Part shown: piece by piece, positions 50,212-60,251 of the stretch
Position numbering within the stretch: the first letter of the stretch is position 1
Layout of the letters: every line of letters begins with the position of its first letter
NCBI GenBank assembly: GCA_945860985.1
Contig: CAMASM010000001.1
Coordinates: 30,688 to 94,687 of the forward strand
Origin: Candidatus Finniella inopinata
Lineage (GTDB): Bacteria; Pseudomonadota; Alphaproteobacteria; Paracaedibacterales; CAITNM01
Direction: 5' to 3'
Length of the DNA stretch: 64,000 nucleotides
Program-made: the position numbers and the translations under genes
The notes under the pieces: generated by a model
Told to the model about the DNA's origin: nothing
Seen by the model: only the letters and a program-made list of their open reading frames with translations
The model's database searches: none

Positions 50212-50292
50212 GGGCGGGGGTGGGGGACGGAAACGTATACCATCAAAAGATTAATCATTCGTTAATTTTTATGAAAAAACTTACACGCCACG

Positions 50293-51264
50293 TTACCTTT
50301 GGTCTAGCTTGAATTCAATGCGACGATTGCGCTCAATATCTTTTTTATCAGTATTAAGGGGTTGAAATTCTCCAAATCCTGCTGCGACCAGATGTTTACC
50401 ATCAATCCCTTTGCCAATCATATACTGCACCACTGCAATAGCGCGAGCAGTTGAAAGCTCCCAATTAGATGGGAATTGGGTACTTTTGATTGGGCGGTTG
50501 TCTGTATGACCATCTACTCTTAGTATCCAGTTAATTTCAGGAGGGATTTTACTGCCAATTTCTTTTAATGCCTTAACCAATCCATTTAATTGTTCTTTAC
50601 CATCCTCTCCAAGTTCAGCTGAGCCAATGGCGAACAATACTTCAGATTGGAATACAAAGCGGTCGTCAACTACCCTTACATCACTACGATCCCCCAAAAT
50701 GTTTTTTAATTGAGCAAAAAACTGGGAACGAAATTGTCCAACTTTAATCGCATTTTTGTGTTTTTCATTTTCTTTTTCTAAACCTTGTAAATTTAGTTGT
50801 AGCTTTTTAGCTTCTTCATCTTTTTTTGAAGATTCTTCTTGAGCCTGTTCTAGTAAATTTTGCAGTTGTTTTAGACGTTCTTCAAGTTTTTCAAGATCTG
50901 TTTTAATGCGTTCATTTAAGGTTTTTTGTTCACCATGCTGTTGCTTTTCAAGGGTTACATCTTGGGTTAGTTTTTCCAATTGAGAATTTAAGTTTTTAAT
51001 TAGCTCTTCAAGGGTTGTAACTTTCAATGAAGCTGTTTCATATTGATCTTTTGCTTTAGTTAAATTTAGCTCAAGCTGGCGTAGCTGAGATTGCAATTTA
51101 GCTAATTCTGTGTCCCGATCATTGATAGTTTCTACCAAAAATACTTGTGCCACTAAAAAAGTCATTAGCACAAAAACAATAGCCATTAAGACAGTCGATA
51201 AGGCATCAACGAACGTTGGCCAAACTTCAAGGCGGGTAGAATTACGTGGACGTGCGAAAAACAT
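50293..51264 (-). CDS. MotB-like stator subunit: TM with conserved Asp, long coiled coil, OmpA-like peptidoglycan-binding domain
   Basis: 323 aa. VWPTFVDALSTVLMAIVFVL is a MotB/ExbD-type TM with Asp. About 150 aa of heptad-rich sequence follow. C-terminal VDGHTDNRPI...SNWELSTARA...NRRIEF OmpA_C motifs. Confidence 0.75.
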   Translation of the reverse strand: MFFARPRNSTRLEVWPTFVDALSTVLMAIVFVLMTFLVAQVFLVETINDRDTELAKLQSQLRQLELNLTKAKDQYETASLKVTTLEELIKNLNSQLEKLTQDVTLEKQQHGEQKTLNERIKTDLEKLEERLKQLQNLLEQAQEESSKKDEEAKKLQLNLQGLEKENEKHKNAIKVGQFRSQFFAQLKNILGDRSDVRVVDDRFVFQSEVLFAIGSAELGEDGKEQLNGLVKALKEIGSKIPPEINWILRVDGHTDNRPIKSTQFPSNWELSTARAIAVVQYMIGKGIDGKHLVAAGFGEFQPLNTDKKDIERNRRIEFKLDQR

Positions 51265-51297
51265 ATTAAAACTTACAACTACGGAATAGGTAAATTC

Positions 51298-51888
51298 TTA
51301 CCTATTTTTTATAAATATCCAAAAGGTTTTTGCATACTGCACTCCAGAAGTTATGGTAAATAGGCTGGTTAAGACTATCATAGTTGTTTCGCTGCACAGC
51401 AACAATGAGCCAATATTTACAGAATGCAGTCTATAAGTTACTAGCAATATGCATAAAATTTGCAAAAAGGTATTAATCTTACTGACTATAGTAGGAGATA
51501 AATCAATTTTTCTTTTTGAACCCAGAATGCTAATGCCACCAATAATAATTAACACATCACGTGTTAAGCATAAAATTACAAATGTTATGGGCATTGCATT
51601 TAGGTAGCCAAGCGTGGCAAACATCCCAATCATTAAGGTTTTATCTGCGATTGGATCAAACATTTTACCAAACGTAGATTCTTGACCAAACTTACGGGCA
51701 AAAAAGCCATCAAACCAATCAGTAATGCCCAAAAACAGCATCAGCCAAAAAGCAATTCCGTAATAATAATTTAGATAGTAGTAAATGAGTACCGGTGTAC
51801 CAAGAAAGCGAACGCCGGTAAGAAAGTTTGCTAGGTTAACCAACGATTTCCAGTTCACTAAAGAAAAAAGAAATTTCTTTAACGGCAT
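51298..51888 (-). CDS. pgsA: CDP-diacylglycerol--glycerol-3-phosphate 3-phosphatidyltransferase
   Basis: CDP-alcohol phosphatidyltransferase motif [27 protein letters not shown]. The annotated ATG overlaps ndk by 53 nt. Alternative in-frame GTG (51858) or TTG (51843). Confidence 0.85.
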   Translation of the reverse strand: MPLKKFLFSLVNWKSLVNLANFLTGVRFLGTPVLIYYYLNYYYGIAFWLMLFLGITDWFDGFFARKFGQESTFGKMFDPIADKTLMIGMFATLGYLNAMPITFVILCLTRDVLIIIGGISILGSKRKIDLSPTIVSKINTFLQILCILLVTYRLHSVNIGSLLLCSETTMIVLTSLFTITSGVQYAKTFWIFIKNR

Positions 51889-52258
51889 TTTCTACGGAGT
51901 CTGATCCATGCACTGAGTTTGCTTCAATTGATTCGGCAAATTCACTGCGTATTGTGCCTTCAGCAGCATTAGTTGGATTAGTTGCTCCCATGATATCGCG
52001 GTAGCCTGCAACAGCTTCTTCACCTTCAAGAACCTGAACAACAACGGGACCACTGGTCATAAATTGACAAAGTTCACCAAAAAAAGCGCGTTCTGCATGG
52101 ACAGCATAAAATGCTTGAGCTTGAGCTATGCTAAGGTGTAAACGCTTTTGTGCTATAATTCTTAGGTTAGATGCTTCAATTTTTGCGTTAATTTTACCGG
52201 TAATATTACGACGAGTAGCGTCTGGTTTTAGTATTGAAAGTGTTTTTTGAAATGCCAT
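51836..52258 (-). CDS. ndk: nucleoside diphosphate kinase
   Basis: Start placed at ATG 52258 ([14 protein letters not shown]). Active-site NSVHGSDS. Confidence 0.92.
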   Translation of the reverse strand: MAFQKTLSILKPDATRRNITGKINAKIEASNLRIIAQKRLHLSIAQAQAFYAVHAERAFFGELCQFMTSGPVVVQVLEGEEAVAGYRDIMGATNPTNAAEGTIRSEFAESIEANSVHGSDSVENAVKEISFFFSELEIVG

Positions 52259-52287
52259 AGCCAATTTGATTACTATATAGTTTGCAC

Positions 52288-52316
52288 ATTCTAAGGTATG
52301 TTGCTAAGTTTTTCAA
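52288..52316 (-). promoter_or_regulatory. candidate sigma70-type promoter for ndk
   Basis: The minus strand reads TTGAAA - 17 nt - TAGAAT, about 30 nt upstream of the ndk start. Confidence 0.35.
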
Positions 52317-52389
52317 GGAGTATGTAACTCAATATTGGAATCAGACTCAATTTCTAGATAATGGGTTCTAAATTCAAAAGGTTATATAA

Positions 52390-52893
52390 ATGGTAAAAAT
52401 TTTAGGTTTAGATCCGGGGTTACAACGTACTGGATGGGGGGTTATAAAATCTTGCGGTAACTCTATTAGTTACGTTGGTCATGGGGTTATTGAGACTAAC
52501 CCTAAAGATTTTTTACCTGAGCGTTTAAATGCTTTGCACCAAGGTATAATACAAGTGTTACAACAGTTCCAGCCTAATGAAGCAGCGGTTGAAGAAACTT
52601 TTGTAAACTCTAATCCAGTATCTACCCTTAAGTTGGGCATGGCTCGTGGGGTAGTGTTATTTACTCCTGCATCTTTTGGCTTGCCTGTTAGTGAATACTC
52701 TGCAAATAAGGTAAAAAAATCAGTAGTTGGTAGTGGGCATGCGGATAAATATCAGGTTTCTCAAATGGTTTTTTTACTTTTACCGACAATGCCTAAAAAT
52801 GTTAAAGCAGACGCGGCAGATGCTTTAGCAATAGCTATTTGTCACGCACATCACCGAGAGCTTAACCTTCGTTTTAAAGATTCTGTTGGCTGA
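52390..52893 (+). CDS. ruvC: Holliday junction resolvase RuvC
   Basis: 167 aa. Motifs ILGLDPGLQRTGWGVI and DAADALAIAICHA. Confidence 0.9.
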   Translation: MVKILGLDPGLQRTGWGVIKSCGNSISYVGHGVIETNPKDFLPERLNALHQGIIQVLQQFQPNEAAVEETFVNSNPVSTLKLGMARGVVLFTPASFGLPVSEYSANKVKKSVVGSGHADKYQVSQMVFLLLPTMPKNVKADAADALAIAICHAHHRELNLRFKDSVG

Positions 52894-52919
52894 GTTGCTT
52901 AGTATGAGGTTGGAAAAGC

Positions 52920-54014
52920 CTAACTAGGTTGTTCTCCTAAAGCTGCCAATATGCGTGATACAGTGCGAATTTCTTCACAGAGTTCGCGACTTAATTGAAT
53001 GCGACCTGCGCTTACTTCGTCATGTATCCTAGTAATTTGGCCATCTAAACTGCGCCAATATTTAGTTGTATCAGTAGCTAATTCTGATTGGCGTGTCAGT
53101 AAATTCTGCATACTAAAATTTCCCTGAACTATAGTCTGTAGAGCTGTTAACTGCTGGTTTTGTTGATCAATTAGCGAATTCAGTTTTTCTGATAATTCAG
53201 AAAAGTTGCGCAAATATATTTGGCGATTTTCCTCACCTCGCTGCAGTTGTTGCGCTAGCAACTGCATACTTTCCGCTGCTTGTTCAAAAACACTTTGCGA
53301 ATAGGTTTGCCCAATTGCTTGGCCATCGATTCCTGCGCCTGCATTGATAGATCCTAGATGTACTCTTTCTTCAATAAAGTAAAATAATCCTTGTATACCT
53401 TTACCGTATTGCACATCAAGAAATCCGATGATTAACGATCCTAGTAGTCCAAAAAGGGATGAGCTAAATGCTGTTCCCATTCCAACCAATGGCGCTTTTA
53501 ATCCTTCTTTTAGAGTTTTAAATGCATCTTGAATATCGCCAGTTTGCAAGTCGATACTTGAAATTACTCCAGAAATTGCTGTGACTGTATGTGAAAGTCC
53601 CCAAAACGTTCCAAGGAGTCCCATGAATACCAAGAGACCTGTAATGTAGCGATTGATATCTCTGGTTTCGTCAAAGCGATTTTGAATACTTCCATAAGTT
53701 GCTTGTAGCATAAAACTTGATGGTCGACCTTGAAATAGTTGTTGCAAAGGCTTTAAAGCTTGAGGCTTAGGCACTCTACTTTCATGGTCTCGTCCTTTTT
53801 CAAAAAATGAAAACCAAATGGCTTCTTTCCTTAATCTGAAAAACAAATAAGCGTTGTAGCTAACTCCAAAAAGAAATAATGCAAAAATTGTTCCATTTAA
53901 GTAAATGTTAGTCAAAAAAGCGGATTTAACTTGCAAAAACATTGCAGAAAATAATCCTAAAATTACACATAGAAAAATAAGCGATATGAATATATAGCGG
54001 CGGATGGCTGTCAT
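52920..54014 (-). CDS. MotA/TolQ/ExbB-family proton-channel protein with C-terminal coiled-coil tail
   Basis: 364 aa. Two N-terminal TMs. Channel core LLVFMGLLGTFWGL...GMGTAFSSSLFGLLGSLIIGF. About 150-aa Gln-rich coiled-coil C-terminus. Confidence 0.7.
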   Translation of the reverse strand: MTAIRRYIFISLIFLCVILGLFSAMFLQVKSAFLTNIYLNGTIFALFLFGVSYNAYLFFRLRKEAIWFSFFEKGRDHESRVPKPQALKPLQQLFQGRPSSFMLQATYGSIQNRFDETRDINRYITGLLVFMGLLGTFWGLSHTVTAISGVISSIDLQTGDIQDAFKTLKEGLKAPLVGMGTAFSSSLFGLLGSLIIGFLDVQYGKGIQGLFYFIEERVHLGSINAGAGIDGQAIGQTYSQSVFEQAAESMQLLAQQLQRGEENRQIYLRNFSELSEKLNSLIDQQNQQLTALQTIVQGNFSMQNLLTRQSELATDTTKYWRSLDGQITRIHDEVSAGRIQLSRELCEEIRTVSRILAALGEQPS

Positions 54015-54201
54015 AAAAAAACACTATTATTTTGTTGTCTATAGCTTAAATGATAAAAATTTAACAATAAAGAGATTCCGTAGTTTTCTTCAAATATCTT
54101 TGTGCAAAATCCTATAACCGAGAGTTTCTATTTTTGTTTCTTTGCCAGTTTTCAGCATATTTGCTAGTCTTACACAATAGATTTTAAAGGATTTGCAAAT
54201 A

Positions 54202-56082
54202 ATGTGCGGTATTGCCGGCTTTTGGGATTCATTGCATAAATTTCCCGTTCACGAACAACTGGCTCAGGATATGGCGCACCAAATTCATACACGCGGTCCT
54301 GATTCTTTTGGTGTGTGGATTGATGAACAGAAAACAGTAGCATTGGCTCACCGGCGTTTAGCAATTTTAGATTTATCTCCAGCTGGGCATCAGCCGATGA
54401 CTTCGGCTTCAGGGCGATATGTTATGGTTTACAATGGGGAAATTTTTAACAGTAATGAGTTAAAGTCAAATCTTGCCAATATACCCTTTAAAGGACACAG
54501 CGATACTGAGGTTATGTTAGCTGCATTTGATGCTTGGGGGATTGAATCTTCAGTTAAGTTATTTATTGGTATGTTTGCTTTTGCGGTTTGGGATAAGCAG
54601 AACTGCACTCTTTCTTTGGTAAGAGATCGCGTTGGTATAAAACCTCTTTATTTTGGCTACATGAACAATGTTTGGTTATTTGGGTCGCAACCTAAAAGCT
54701 TAATGCCACATCCGGCTTTTGAAAAAAAACTTAATAATAACTCAGTTTCTGAATTTTTTCAGTTTGGTTATGTTCCGGAAGATGCTTGCATATTTGAAGG
54801 TTTACAAAAAGTTAAACCTGGAACGATAGTTGAATTAAAGACGAATGGAGAATATTTAGTTAACTCTTATTGGGATCTTGCAACTGAGATTGCTAGAGCG
54901 AAAAGTTTATCGACAGAAAGAACCGATTCTGAATGGATTGAGTCGACTCACGATTTACTTAAAGATGCCGTTAAGCGTAGATGTCAGGCAGATGTACCTT
55001 TGGGGGCATTTCTTTCTGGTGGTATTGATAGCTCTTTAGTCGTTAGCTTGATGCAATCACAATCAGTTGAGCGTATTAAAACTTTTTCGATCGGGTTTGA
55101 TATTCTAAATTATAATGAGGCGCCATTTGCCAAAGCAATTGCTAGCCATTTGGGTACAGATCATCACGAATTTTATTTATCAGCTCAAGACGCTCAGGAA
55201 GTTATTCCAAATCTTGCATCAATATACGACGAACCATTTGCCGATGTTTCACAAATTCCAACTTATTTGGTCTCTAAAATGGCTAGGGAACATGTGACTG
55301 TAAGTCTTTCAGGTGATGGTGGCGATGAACTTTTTGCAGGGTATAATCGCTATATTTTTGGCCAGAAATTATGGAAAATTAAAAATTGTCTGCCTGGTTT
55401 TGTACAAAAAATGCTGCCTGGACTTAGGTATGTACCACAAGTGATTTGGCAAGGGTTAGAAAAACTACCAGGCCTGCCAAAACAATTGGCTGATAAAGTT
55501 GAAAGGGGTGTTAGATTATTTGAAAGCAAAGATCTGAGCGATTGTTATCGCATGCTGGTTAATCATTGGGAAATCGGTAAACAGTGTTCTTTTCCCGTGC
55601 ATGCCGATTTGAAAAATAATATCGAAAATTTTCAATACTGGGATATGTTGACCTATCTTCCTGGTGACATTTTAACTAAAGTTGACCGGGCTAGTATGGC
55701 TGTAAGTTTGGAAGCACGTGTCCCTCTACTAGATCATCGTTTAATATCATTAGCTTGGCAATTGCCGCAGCATTTAAAATTGCGTGATGGTAAGGGAAAA
55801 TGGGTTTTGAGAGAAATTTTAAAATCATATGTGCCTACTGAATTGTTTGATCGACCTAAAATGGGATTTGGAGTACCAATTGATACATGGCTGCGTACTG
55901 ATTTAAAGGACTGGGCACATGATTTATTGTATTCTCAATCATTAGATGAATTTTGCATAGATAAGCAAACTATTGATTTTATTTGGAATAAGCATCAAAC
56001 CGGATCACACAATTACCAATATAAATTATGGTGCATATTAATGTTTCAACAATGGCGTCAGCAATATATTTCATTACAATAA
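54202..56082 (+). CDS. asnB: asparagine synthase (glutamine-hydrolysing)
   Basis: Start placed at ATG 54202 so that the Ntn nucleophile is Cys2 (MCGIAGF). SGGIDSS PP-loop. Confidence 0.9.
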   Translation: MCGIAGFWDSLHKFPVHEQLAQDMAHQIHTRGPDSFGVWIDEQKTVALAHRRLAILDLSPAGHQPMTSASGRYVMVYNGEIFNSNELKSNLANIPFKGHSDTEVMLAAFDAWGIESSVKLFIGMFAFAVWDKQNCTLSLVRDRVGIKPLYFGYMNNVWLFGSQPKSLMPHPAFEKKLNNNSVSEFFQFGYVPEDACIFEGLQKVKPGTIVELKTNGEYLVNSYWDLATEIARAKSLSTERTDSEWIESTHDLLKDAVKRRCQADVPLGAFLSGGIDSSLVVSLMQSQSVERIKTFSIGFDILNYNEAPFAKAIASHLGTDHHEFYLSAQDAQEVIPNLASIYDEPFADVSQIPTYLVSKMAREHVTVSLSGDGGDELFAGYNRYIFGQKLWKIKNCLPGFVQKMLPGLRYVPQVIWQGLEKLPGLPKQLADKVERGVRLFESKDLSDCYRMLVNHWEIGKQCSFPVHADLKNNIENFQYWDMLTYLPGDILTKVDRASMAVSLEARVPLLDHRLISLAWQLPQHLKLRDGKGKWVLREILKSYVPTELFDRPKMGFGVPIDTWLRTDLKDWAHDLLYSQSLDEFCIDKQTIDFIWNKHQTGSHNYQYKLWCILMFQQWRQQYISLQ

Positions 56083-56152
56083 GCGCAGTACACTATCCCC
56101 GTTCAGGTCAGAAAATTAAACGGGAATAGTTACATAAAACAATTATAAATAC

Positions 56153-57526
56153 TTATTTTTGTCTAACGCTTCTAATTACCCAAAAATCATCGGATAAATC
56201 TGGGTCAGTTACATATTGATATGGAATCTGACAATATCCATCATCACCCCAATCTGTTCCCCAAGAATTACGCAAGATGAAAGCTTGTTTTGTATCATCG
56301 TAACCTACTAAAAGAAGCGCATGCCCGCCTATTATATTATCGAATTCTTCAGGCATTGGGATCATACCATTGTCACAATTAAAACTGTTATAAATCAATG
56401 TACCAAATATTACAGGATATCCCTGAGTAATTACCCTTTTAATTGTCTCTACATTTTGTTCAACGCGCATATGAGAATGGAGATCATCGTCATTTAGGTA
56501 GTCATCTATAGCTATCACAGCATTGTAGTAACACCTTCTTGGTGGCATTTGTGTAAATAAATCTGTGTTATAAGGCCATATTTTTTCCCGGCATGACCCA
56601 GATTGAAGTAAAGATTTGACGGTGTCAGTAATACTAGACCCAGAGTCTTGGTAAAAATTACCACTTAGAGCACGAGTATTAAAATAAATCATAAGCCTAG
56701 AAGGTCCATCATTTTGATCAGTACATTTTTTGTCTATTACTATATTTGTTTCTTTATCTGGCCTGCATTCATCAAACCACATTGCTCCTGCCGCTGCATT
56801 AGCTGTACAAGATCCAAGATTTCCCTGGTCATACACTGGCAATTGTCCTGCTTGTAGCAGGTTTCGCAAGTCAAATACATTATGAAGTGCAGATTGCGAT
56901 GGAGTTTTTATAAGTTTTGTACGTTTTTCTGCCCATTGTTTACTTTCCTCAGATGGTTGCTTCCATCCTTTTATCGCCTTTACATACTTTTCCAAAAATG
57001 CTGATCCACTACTATAAGTGGCATCTTCACTATCATCAAAGCCATCATTGTCATAACAAAAGTTGCTATCATTACGGTAAAAATAGCTATCCTTATAGTA
57101 AGGCGTAAGAGAGCTATTGCTGAAATTATTTAGTGAAACCACCTGCATGCCACCAGAAGTACCGCTTCTACTAGCGGCATAAGTGCCAATAGGATTAAGA
57201 GCTGATCCAGTTAGCGCTATAACACCAAGTGCAAGCACTTGTTTGGGGTGATTATATGCATAATTTAAAAGTTTCCAAGGAGCCGTAACTAACGTTTTTC
57301 CGCACGAAAAAGCAAAGTCTGCACCTTTTTTTAAGTAGTTCGAATATGCTGGAGTAGTTCCTATCTCATGATTTTCAGAATTATTATTTTCAATAACTAC
57401 TGATTTAGTAAAACTTGCCTGCGACTGTTCAAGTTCAAGGTCAGAAGCATTGATCTTAGTTAATGCTGTGAATAGCATGAATGCAGAAACTACATAAATG
57501 CCCATTCTTTTAATATTTAAAATCAT
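56153..57526 (-). CDS. secreted/membrane-anchored papain-like cysteine protease (peptidase C1)
   Basis: 457 aa. Signal peptide MGIYVVSAFMLFTALTKINA, a second hydrophobic segment, then DQGNLGSCTANAAAGA (Cys), GGHALLLVGYDD (His) and RNSWGTDWGDDGY. Confidence 0.8.
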   Translation of the reverse strand: MILNIKRMGIYVVSAFMLFTALTKINASDLELEQSQASFTKSVVIENNNSENHEIGTTPAYSNYLKKGADFAFSCGKTLVTAPWKLLNYAYNHPKQVLALGVIALTGSALNPIGTYAASRSGTSGGMQVVSLNNFSNSSLTPYYKDSYFYRNDSNFCYDNDGFDDSEDATYSSGSAFLEKYVKAIKGWKQPSEESKQWAEKRTKLIKTPSQSALHNVFDLRNLLQAGQLPVYDQGNLGSCTANAAAGAMWFDECRPDKETNIVIDKKCTDQNDGPSRLMIYFNTRALSGNFYQDSGSSITDTVKSLLQSGSCREKIWPYNTDLFTQMPPRRCYYNAVIAIDDYLNDDDLHSHMRVEQNVETIKRVITQGYPVIFGTLIYNSFNCDNGMIPMPEEFDNIIGGHALLLVGYDDTKQAFILRNSWGTDWGDDGYCQIPYQYVTDPDLSDDFWVIRSVRQK

Positions 57527-57724
57527 AAATAAAACTTTATATTAGAGTGTTTGTGTATTTAATACTAATATACAAATATTAATAAAGTGTTACTTAATAG
57601 ATAATATTTTTATTAAGTAATATTTTAGGAAAAATTAAAGCGTATACTTATTATTTAAGATGAGCTTATACATAATTTGTGATATTTTTAGAAAGATTTA
57701 AGATATTAAGAGTTTTTCAAATTA

Positions 57725-57961
57725 ATGCTAAAAAAATTAATTTATAAGAGCCATTATCGAGGCACTAAGGAAGGTGATTTTTTATTATCGTCATTTGCTA
57801 AGTTTGCGCTTGCTGAATGTTCAGATACTGAGCAGGGTATTTATGCAGATTTACTTGAGAGCACTGATGCACAGATTCATGAATGGGTGTTGAATCCTCA
57901 AAGGGCGCCAGAGCAATTTCAATGTATTATTTTAAAAATAGCTGATTTTCACAATCTTTAA
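57725..57961 (+). CDS. sdhE: FAD assembly factor SdhE (succinate dehydrogenase flavinylation)
   Basis: 78 aa. YRGTKEGDFLL (RGxxE motif) and the length are typical of the SdhE/YgfY family. Confidence 0.7.
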   Translation: MLKKLIYKSHYRGTKEGDFLLSSFAKFALAECSDTEQGIYADLLESTDAQIHEWVLNPQRAPEQFQCIILKIADFHNL

Positions 57962-57971
57962 ATATCTGCTT

Positions 57972-58883
57972 TTATGCTACTTTTTGCACATTTTCTTCAA
58001 TTGGTTTTTTTTGTGCGTGGGGTGATTTTGGCCATTGATTAATAACTAGCCCTAAAAATACTACTGTGCACGCCAAAATATCCAAATTGCTTAGGCGTTC
58101 CCCTAAGCATAACCAACCAAAAAATAGTGAAAAAACAGGTATTAGTAGCCCATAAATAGAAACTTTTGCAGGATTGTGTTGGCGCATTAGCCAAGTCCAT
58201 CCGGTTAAGCCAAATAGTGTGGCAGCTATAATAATATATGCAGTAGCAAGGATCTCTATTAGACCAAAATTGTGTAGTGATTCAAAAAATACGTTTGGCC
58301 CCTCTAATATTTGGGAAAGTAAAAAGTATGGTATTGGTGGAATCAAGCTCATCCATACAGTCAGTTGTAAAATATTAACGCCCTTAAAAGTGCGAGATAT
58401 ATTATTAGATATTCCCCAACTTAGTGCACTTAGTAGTACAAGTACGAACCCAGTAGTTGTTGAAACGCTAATGGCCTGAATTCCTAGCATGGCAACTCCA
58501 CAAAGCGCCAAAAATATTCCAAAAATTTCGCGTTTTGATAGCCTGGTTCCAAAAAACATGCATGAAATAATTGCAGTAAAAATTACTTGGGTTTGCAGAG
58601 TTAAAGCACACATACCAACGCTAATGCCCTTTTGAATACCTAGAAACAATAAGGAAAACTTGGCTACACCAAGTATTAGTCCCATGAGTAGTAGTTTATT
58701 AAAAGCTACTTTCGGGCGCTTGACAAAGAAAATTAGTGGAAATGCAACAAATAGAAAGCGTATAGATCCTAAAGTTAGTGGAGAAATAGACTGAATAGTA
58801 AATTTAATTACCACCAGATTGAAAGCCCAACACAAAGTGACGACTAGAATAAGAGCCATATCTCTTAAGGGCAACGAAAGCAT
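57972..58883 (-). CDS. EamA/DMT-family transporter
   Basis: 303 aa, 10 predicted TM in two EamA-like halves. Confidence 0.8.
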   Translation of the reverse strand: MLSLPLRDMALILVVTLCWAFNLVVIKFTIQSISPLTLGSIRFLFVAFPLIFFVKRPKVAFNKLLLMGLILGVAKFSLLFLGIQKGISVGMCALTLQTQVIFTAIISCMFFGTRLSKREIFGIFLALCGVAMLGIQAISVSTTTGFVLVLLSALSWGISNNISRTFKGVNILQLTVWMSLIPPIPYFLLSQILEGPNVFFESLHNFGLIEILATAYIIIAATLFGLTGWTWLMRQHNPAKVSIYGLLIPVFSLFFGWLCLGERLSNLDILACTVVFLGLVINQWPKSPHAQKKPIEENVQKVA

Positions 58884-58985
58884 TCGCTAAAATACTGAAC
58901 AGATCTTCACTTCACTATAAAACAAAAAAATAAATAAGTGTAACTATTAAAAATTTATATTTGCATTAAATTTTCAGTAGAAAGC

Positions 58986-60251
58986 TTGCAAAATAGTCCA
59001 GGAGTTATTATACGTAGTTACAAAGAATGCTTTTGCTTTATGTTAGCTTTGTCCTTAAAAGTAAAAAAAACTGTAAATAAATCTCTGATGTTCTGCTTGA
59101 CCGCTTTTTTGGTTGGTCTTGTTGACATGGTCACTGATTTGTATGTGCCAATGTTGCCTGCCATTGGTTCTGCTTTTAAGGTCAGTGAGTCTTGGGTAGG
59201 TGCGACTATTAGCATTAACTTGGTGAGCCTTGGATTATCTGGGCTATATTACGGTAAGTTGTCAGATCGCATTGGACGTCGTCCGGTTATTATTGGTGGG
59301 TTGATTATATTTACATTAGCCAGTTTTGCTTGTGGTTTTTCTATTAATATTGTGCATTTGTTAGTTTCCAGGTTTTTTCAAGGAATTGGTGGCGGAGTAG
59401 CATTTTCTGCCGGTGTTGCTGTAGTGCGCGACTTATACACTGGTACCAAAGTAGCTGAAATGTTTTCTCGCATGCAAAGCGTTATAGTTTTGTCTCCAGC
59501 TTTTGCCCCAACTATTGGTGGTTTTATTGGTTATATGTTTGGCTGGAAAAGTATTTTCTACATACTATTTGTAATCGCTACTGTTTTGTTGATTGTTACG
59601 GTGATTTTTGGGGTCGAAACTTTGCCACCAAAGAAACGTCACAAAGAACAGGATTTGAGTCTTAAGGACGAGTATTTTTATTTTTTTAAACGACCTCTCT
59701 TTTTATGCTTTGCTGGTGTTCAGATTGTGACATTAGGATGGTTTTGGTCTGAATTAGGGTTTTTGCCGCAGTTGTTTGTTTGTCATTATGGGGTTGATGC
59801 TAGTTCTTTTGGGATGTACCTAGGCACTCTAATGTTTGCCTATTTTATTGGCACTTGTATCAACCAGTATTTAGTACATCGCTTTAGTCTAGAAAAATTG
59901 GTTATTTTTGGGTTAGGAACTTTTGTTCTGTCGGTTGGATTACTTTGTTTGGCCCAATGGTATGGGGTGTTATCGCCATGGCTTTTTGTTTTGATTAGAT
60001 TTCCATCTAGCATAGGTTTAGGGGTGGTTTTCGGTAATGCGGGGACCTTAGCTATGGAGCAGGAAAAAAAACGTTCTGGAAGTGCTGCTGCCTTTATTGG
60101 TGCTCTGGAGCTTTTGGCAGGAGCAATTTGTATATTTATAATTGGTCTTTTTGGTGCGGTTTCTGTTTATCCGCTAGCTTTGATAATGATTATCTGTAGT
60201 CTTTTTTCTATGTTGCTAATGTGTAAGGCTAATCGTTTGCAAAAAATTTAG
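58986..60251 (+). CDS. MFS transporter (Bcr/CflA-like)
   Basis: MFS motif A GKLSDRIGRRPVI. The likely true start is the internal ATG at 59040. Confidence 0.8.
   Translation: MQNSPGVIIRSYKECFCFMLALSLKVKKTVNKSLMFCLTAFLVGLVDMVTDLYVPMLPAIGSAFKVSESWVGATISINLVSLGLSGLYYGKLSDRIGRRPVIIGGLIIFTLASFACGFSINIVHLLVSRFFQGIGGGVAFSAGVAVVRDLYTGTKVAEMFSRMQSVIVLSPAFAPTIGGFIGYMFGWKSIFYILFVIATVLLIVTVIFGVETLPPKKRHKEQDLSLKDEYFYFFKRPLFLCFAGVQIVTLGWFWSELGFLPQLFVCHYGVDASSFGMYLGTLMFAYFIGTCINQYLVHRFSLEKLVIFGLGTFVLSVGLLCLAQWYGVLSPWLFVLIRFPSSIGLGVVFGNAGTLAMEQEKKRSGSAAAFIGALELLAGAICIFIIGLFGAVSVYPLALIMIICSLFSMLLMCKANRLQKI

Noticed and set aside
50052-50258. 68-aa minus-strand ORF in the murD upstream gap
   Set aside because: It has no SD or family resemblance, and its open frame is largely created by the GC-rich island. 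I treat the region as a possible RNA or regulatory element instead.
50293-54014. Interpreting the MotA-like/MotB-like pair as a Zorya (ZorAB) anti-phage system
   Set aside because: There are no ZorC/ZorD-like or other effector genes and the two genes are not adjacent. The MotA-like tail (about 150 aa) is much shorter than the long ZorA tail as I recall it.
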